Shown here: piece after piece, positions 61,461 through 64,000 of the stretch
Position numbering within the stretch: position 1 is the stretch's first letter
Layout: the number at the start of each line of letters is the position of its first letter
Assembly (NCBI GenBank): GCA_963663405.2
Contig: CAXXSM010000042.1
Location: forward strand, 1 to 64,000
Direction of reading: 5' to 3'
Origin: a bacterium
GTDB lineage: Bacteria > Hinthialibacterota > Hinthialibacteria > Hinthialibacterales > Hinthialibacteraceae
DNA: 64,000 nt
Translations under genes and position numbers: made by a program
The notes under the pieces: model-generated
What the model was told of the DNA's origin: nothing
Database searches by the model: none
The model's input: the letters and a program-made list of their open reading frames with translations, nothing else

Positions 61461-64000
61461 ATGAGACATCAATTAATCAAAACCGCGTTGACGGTTTTCG
61501 CGATTTTAATCCTCGTGGCTTCCCTGTTTCCCGCGTTTGCGGAGGATGCCGCGACATTAGATTTATTGAAAAAAATGCCCGCGCAGAACGCCACGGAAAG
61601 CAGTCAATTATTTTCCGCCTGCATTCAACGCGATCCTGAAACGATTCAGCAACTTTGCGAATTGATCGTCCCCCCCGGTGGGGAAGATGATTCGAAAGCG
61701 CGATTCGCGTTGAGCGGATTGGCGAAATACGCCAGCCGTCCCGGCGCTGAAAACGATCGCCAAACAGTTTCTAAAATCTTTCTCAATGCTCTAGAGAACG
61801 CGCAGAACGCTGAAGTGAAAGCGTTTTTTATCCGGCAGTTACAAGTCGTTGGCAAAGAGGAAGCCGTTGGCCCGCTTAGCGCGTATCTTGCGGATGAACG
61901 GCTTTGCGATCCGGCGGTTCAAGCCTTGCTGACGATCCATCAACCGCGTGTGACCCAGGCTCTTCGAAACGCCCTTCTATCCGCGGAGGGCTCCAACCTG
62001 ATCGCCATCATCAAGGCTCTCGGAACGCTTCGAAGCGCCGCCGCCGCGCGTGAACTGATTCCCTTCGTGAACAGCGGGGACCGGGAGACACGGCTCGCCG
62101 CGTTGTACGCCATTGCGAATATCGCCGATCGATCCGCCGCCCGTGTCTTGGCTAAAGCCGCCCAGGTGGAATCTCCATACGAACGAGCCAAAGCCACATC
62201 GGCGTATCTGCTCTATGCCCAAAGGCTATGTGAAGCGCAGCATGTTAATGAGTGCGCTGCGGTCTGCCGCGAGTTAATAAAAACACGAACCAATCCTTTA
62301 GAAGCGAATGTTCGATGTTCGGCGTTGAGTCTTCTTGTCTCCGCATTGGAAGATGAATCGCTCCCCTGTTTGATCAAAGCGATGGACAGCCCATGCGCCG
62401 AATACCGCACGGCCGCCTTAAAACTAGCGGATCGCATTGATGGGAGTGACGTGACTCAACAATGGATCACAAAAATGAGCCAAATAGATCCCCCCGCCCA
62501 GACGGAAATCCTCGCGATGTTAGGCCGGCGCGGTGACTCGCAGGCGCTTCCTGTTGTCTTGCAAGCGCTGCGGGATCGGGACGTGGACGTCCGGTTGACC
62601 GCTATGGACGCTGCTGTTCGATTGGGCGCAGAAGACGCGCTGCCTTCCTTGCTTTTGGCCATGAGATCTGCTGAAGAGAAGAGTGAGATCCAAGCCCTTC
62701 AATCCGCGTTGCTGCGTTTACCTGGAAAAGAAGCCGCCGCAGGCGCCGCAGACGCGCTTCTTACTGTTTCTCCCGCATGCCGGGTGGCCTTGCTCGAAGT
62801 GTTGGGCGAACGGAGAGCAGTGGCTCAACTTGAATGCGTCTTCAGCCGGACCGGTGATGAAGATCCATCCGTCCGTGTAGCGGCGATTATAGCGCTTAGC
62901 CATGTGGCGGGGGAAACGGATTTACCTAGGTTGATCGATCTCATTTTCAATGCGCCAAGCGCTATTGAACGGCGGGAAGCGCAAGCCACGACTGTATCGA
63001 TCGCGAATGAGATCGAAGAAAGCGCGCGTATGGACGCGATCGCCCAAGCGATTGAAGAAAATACAGGCGAACGGCGGGTTTACCTGCTGCAAATCCTGCC
63101 GAAAATCGCTGGTGAGAAAGCGCTCAACATCGCTTCGGAAAATACACAAAACGAAGAAAAAAACGTCCGCATCGCCGCCCTTCAAGCCTTGGCTAATTGG
63201 CCGGATGTTAACGCCTTGGAGAAATTACTCAACGTTTATAAGTACTCAGACGCCTCCAGTCAGCGGGAAACGGCACGGAATGGCTATACGCGAATCGTGG
63301 AAGCCTCTTCATTGGCGCCGGAAGAAAAAGTGTCGAAATTGGAAAACGCGTTATTCATCATGAAGAATGACGCGGATAAAAAAGCCCTTCTCGCAGCGCT
63401 GGCGAAAATCCGTCATATTACGGCCCTTAACGTTGTGGAAACGTATTTGGATAACAAGCCTCTTTGCGAAGACGCCGCAGCGGCGATTGTCAAGATTGTC
63501 TGTCCTCCCGAAGCGGGGAAGAAGGGTTTGCATGGGATCGCGGTCTATAACGCGTTGAAGAAAGCGATTGATGTAACCGAAGACGCGCTTCTGCGCAGCG
63601 AAGCTCAGGATTATCTGGATTCTATTCCTCACCCCGATGATGAAGGCTTCATTCCCCTCTTCAATGGGAAAGATTTAACCGGATGGATCGGTGATACCAA
63701 CGGCTATATTGTCGAAAACGATACTCTTGTCTGTAAACCCGGTGGAAACCTATACACAGATAATGAATACAGCGATTTTATCTTCCATTTCGAATTTAAA
63801 CTAACACCCGGCGCCAACAACGGCCTGGGGATTCGTACCCCTTCACATGGGGACGCGGCTTATGTGGGCATGGAACTCCAAATCATCGACAACACGGCTG
63901 CAGTCTATAAAAATATTAAGCCTTATCAAAAGCATGGTTCCATCTACGGCGTAGTTCCCGCCAAAACTGGTTTCCTGAAGCCGGTCGGAGAATGGAATTT
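61461..64000 (+). CDS. Secreted HEAT-repeat protein with C-terminal DUF1080 (3-keto-disaccharide hydrolase-like) domain, 3'-truncated by window edge
   Basis: GGAG RBS and signal peptide at 61461, HEAT repeats. GFIPLFNGKDLTGW, NNGLGIR and ELQIID lie in the same frame. Confidence 0.88.
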   Translation, partial: MRHQLIKTALTVFAILILVASLFPAFAEDAATLDLLKKMPAQNATESSQLFSACIQRDPETIQQLCELIVPPGGEDDSKARFALSGLAKYASRPGAENDRQTVSKIFLNALENAQNAEVKAFFIRQLQVVGKEEAVGPLSAYLADERLCDPAVQALLTIHQPRVTQALRNALLSAEGSNLIAIIKALGTLRSAAAARELIPFVNSGDRETRLAALYAIANIADRSAARVLAKAAQVESPYERAKATSAYLLYAQRLCEAQHVNECAAVCRELIKTRTNPLEANVRCSALSLLVSALEDESLPCLIKAMDSPCAEYRTAALKLADRIDGSDVTQQWITKMSQIDPPAQTEILAMLGRRGDSQALPVVLQALRDRDVDVRLTAMDAAVRLGAEDALPSLLLAMRSAEEKSEIQALQSALLRLPGKEAAAGAADALLTVSPACRVALLEVLGERRAVAQLECVFSRTGDEDPSVRVAAIIALSHVAGETDLPRLIDLIFNAPSAIERREAQATTVSIANEIEESARMDAIAQAIEENTGERRVYLLQILPKIAGEKALNIASENTQNEEKNVRIAALQALANWPDVNALEKLLNVYKYSDASSQRETARNGYTRIVEASSLAPEEKVSKLENALFIMKNDADKKALLAALAKIRHITALNVVETYLDNKPLCEDAAAAIVKIVCPPEAGKKGLHGIAVYNALKKAIDVTEDALLRSEAQDYLDSIPHPDDEGFIPLFNGKDLTGWIGDTNGYIVENDTLVCKPGGNLYTDNEYSDFIFHFEFKLTPGANNGLGIRTPSHGDAAYVGMELQIIDNTAAVYKNIKPYQKHGSIYGVVPAKTGFLKPVGEWN

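Noticed and set aside
3659-63632. Many short ORFs overlapping or antisense to assigned genes
   Set aside because: They are contained within well-supported genes in other frames and have no independent evidence.

Overview
Bacterial chromosomal window of moderate GC with AT-rich accessory patches. The gene style (dispersed FTLIELLIVVAIIGILAAIAVPNFLNAQ prepilin-like genes, Gfo/Idh/MocA, sulfatase, HEAT+DUF1080 proteins) suggests a Sumerlaeota/Hinthialibacterota(OLB16)-like or PVC-adjacent uncultured lineage; this is inference only. Housekeeping content: prfB with the canonical programmed +1 frameshift, tRNA-Val(CAC), citrate synthase, xth, rnhA, wecE/rffA, and DASS and SSS transporters. One complete IS (44535-46620) has bipartite TIRs and a TTAAA target duplication. 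Many genes carry 1-nt indels, often in homopolymers, probably assembly errors. Main leads: (1) an ECF sigma / anti-sigma operon whose FecR domain appears genetically split, with the last FecR strands at the N-terminus of a separate 925-aa exported protein; (2) a promoter- and terminator-bounded structured RNA candidate upstream of that operon; (3) a short shared C-terminal tail on unrelated secreted proteins, a candidate sorting signal; (4) four tandem arrays of secreted-protein genes with conserved ends and, in most cases, divergent interiors, several with REP-like hairpins at the junctions. No CRISPR, rRNA, reverse transcriptase or integrase was seen.
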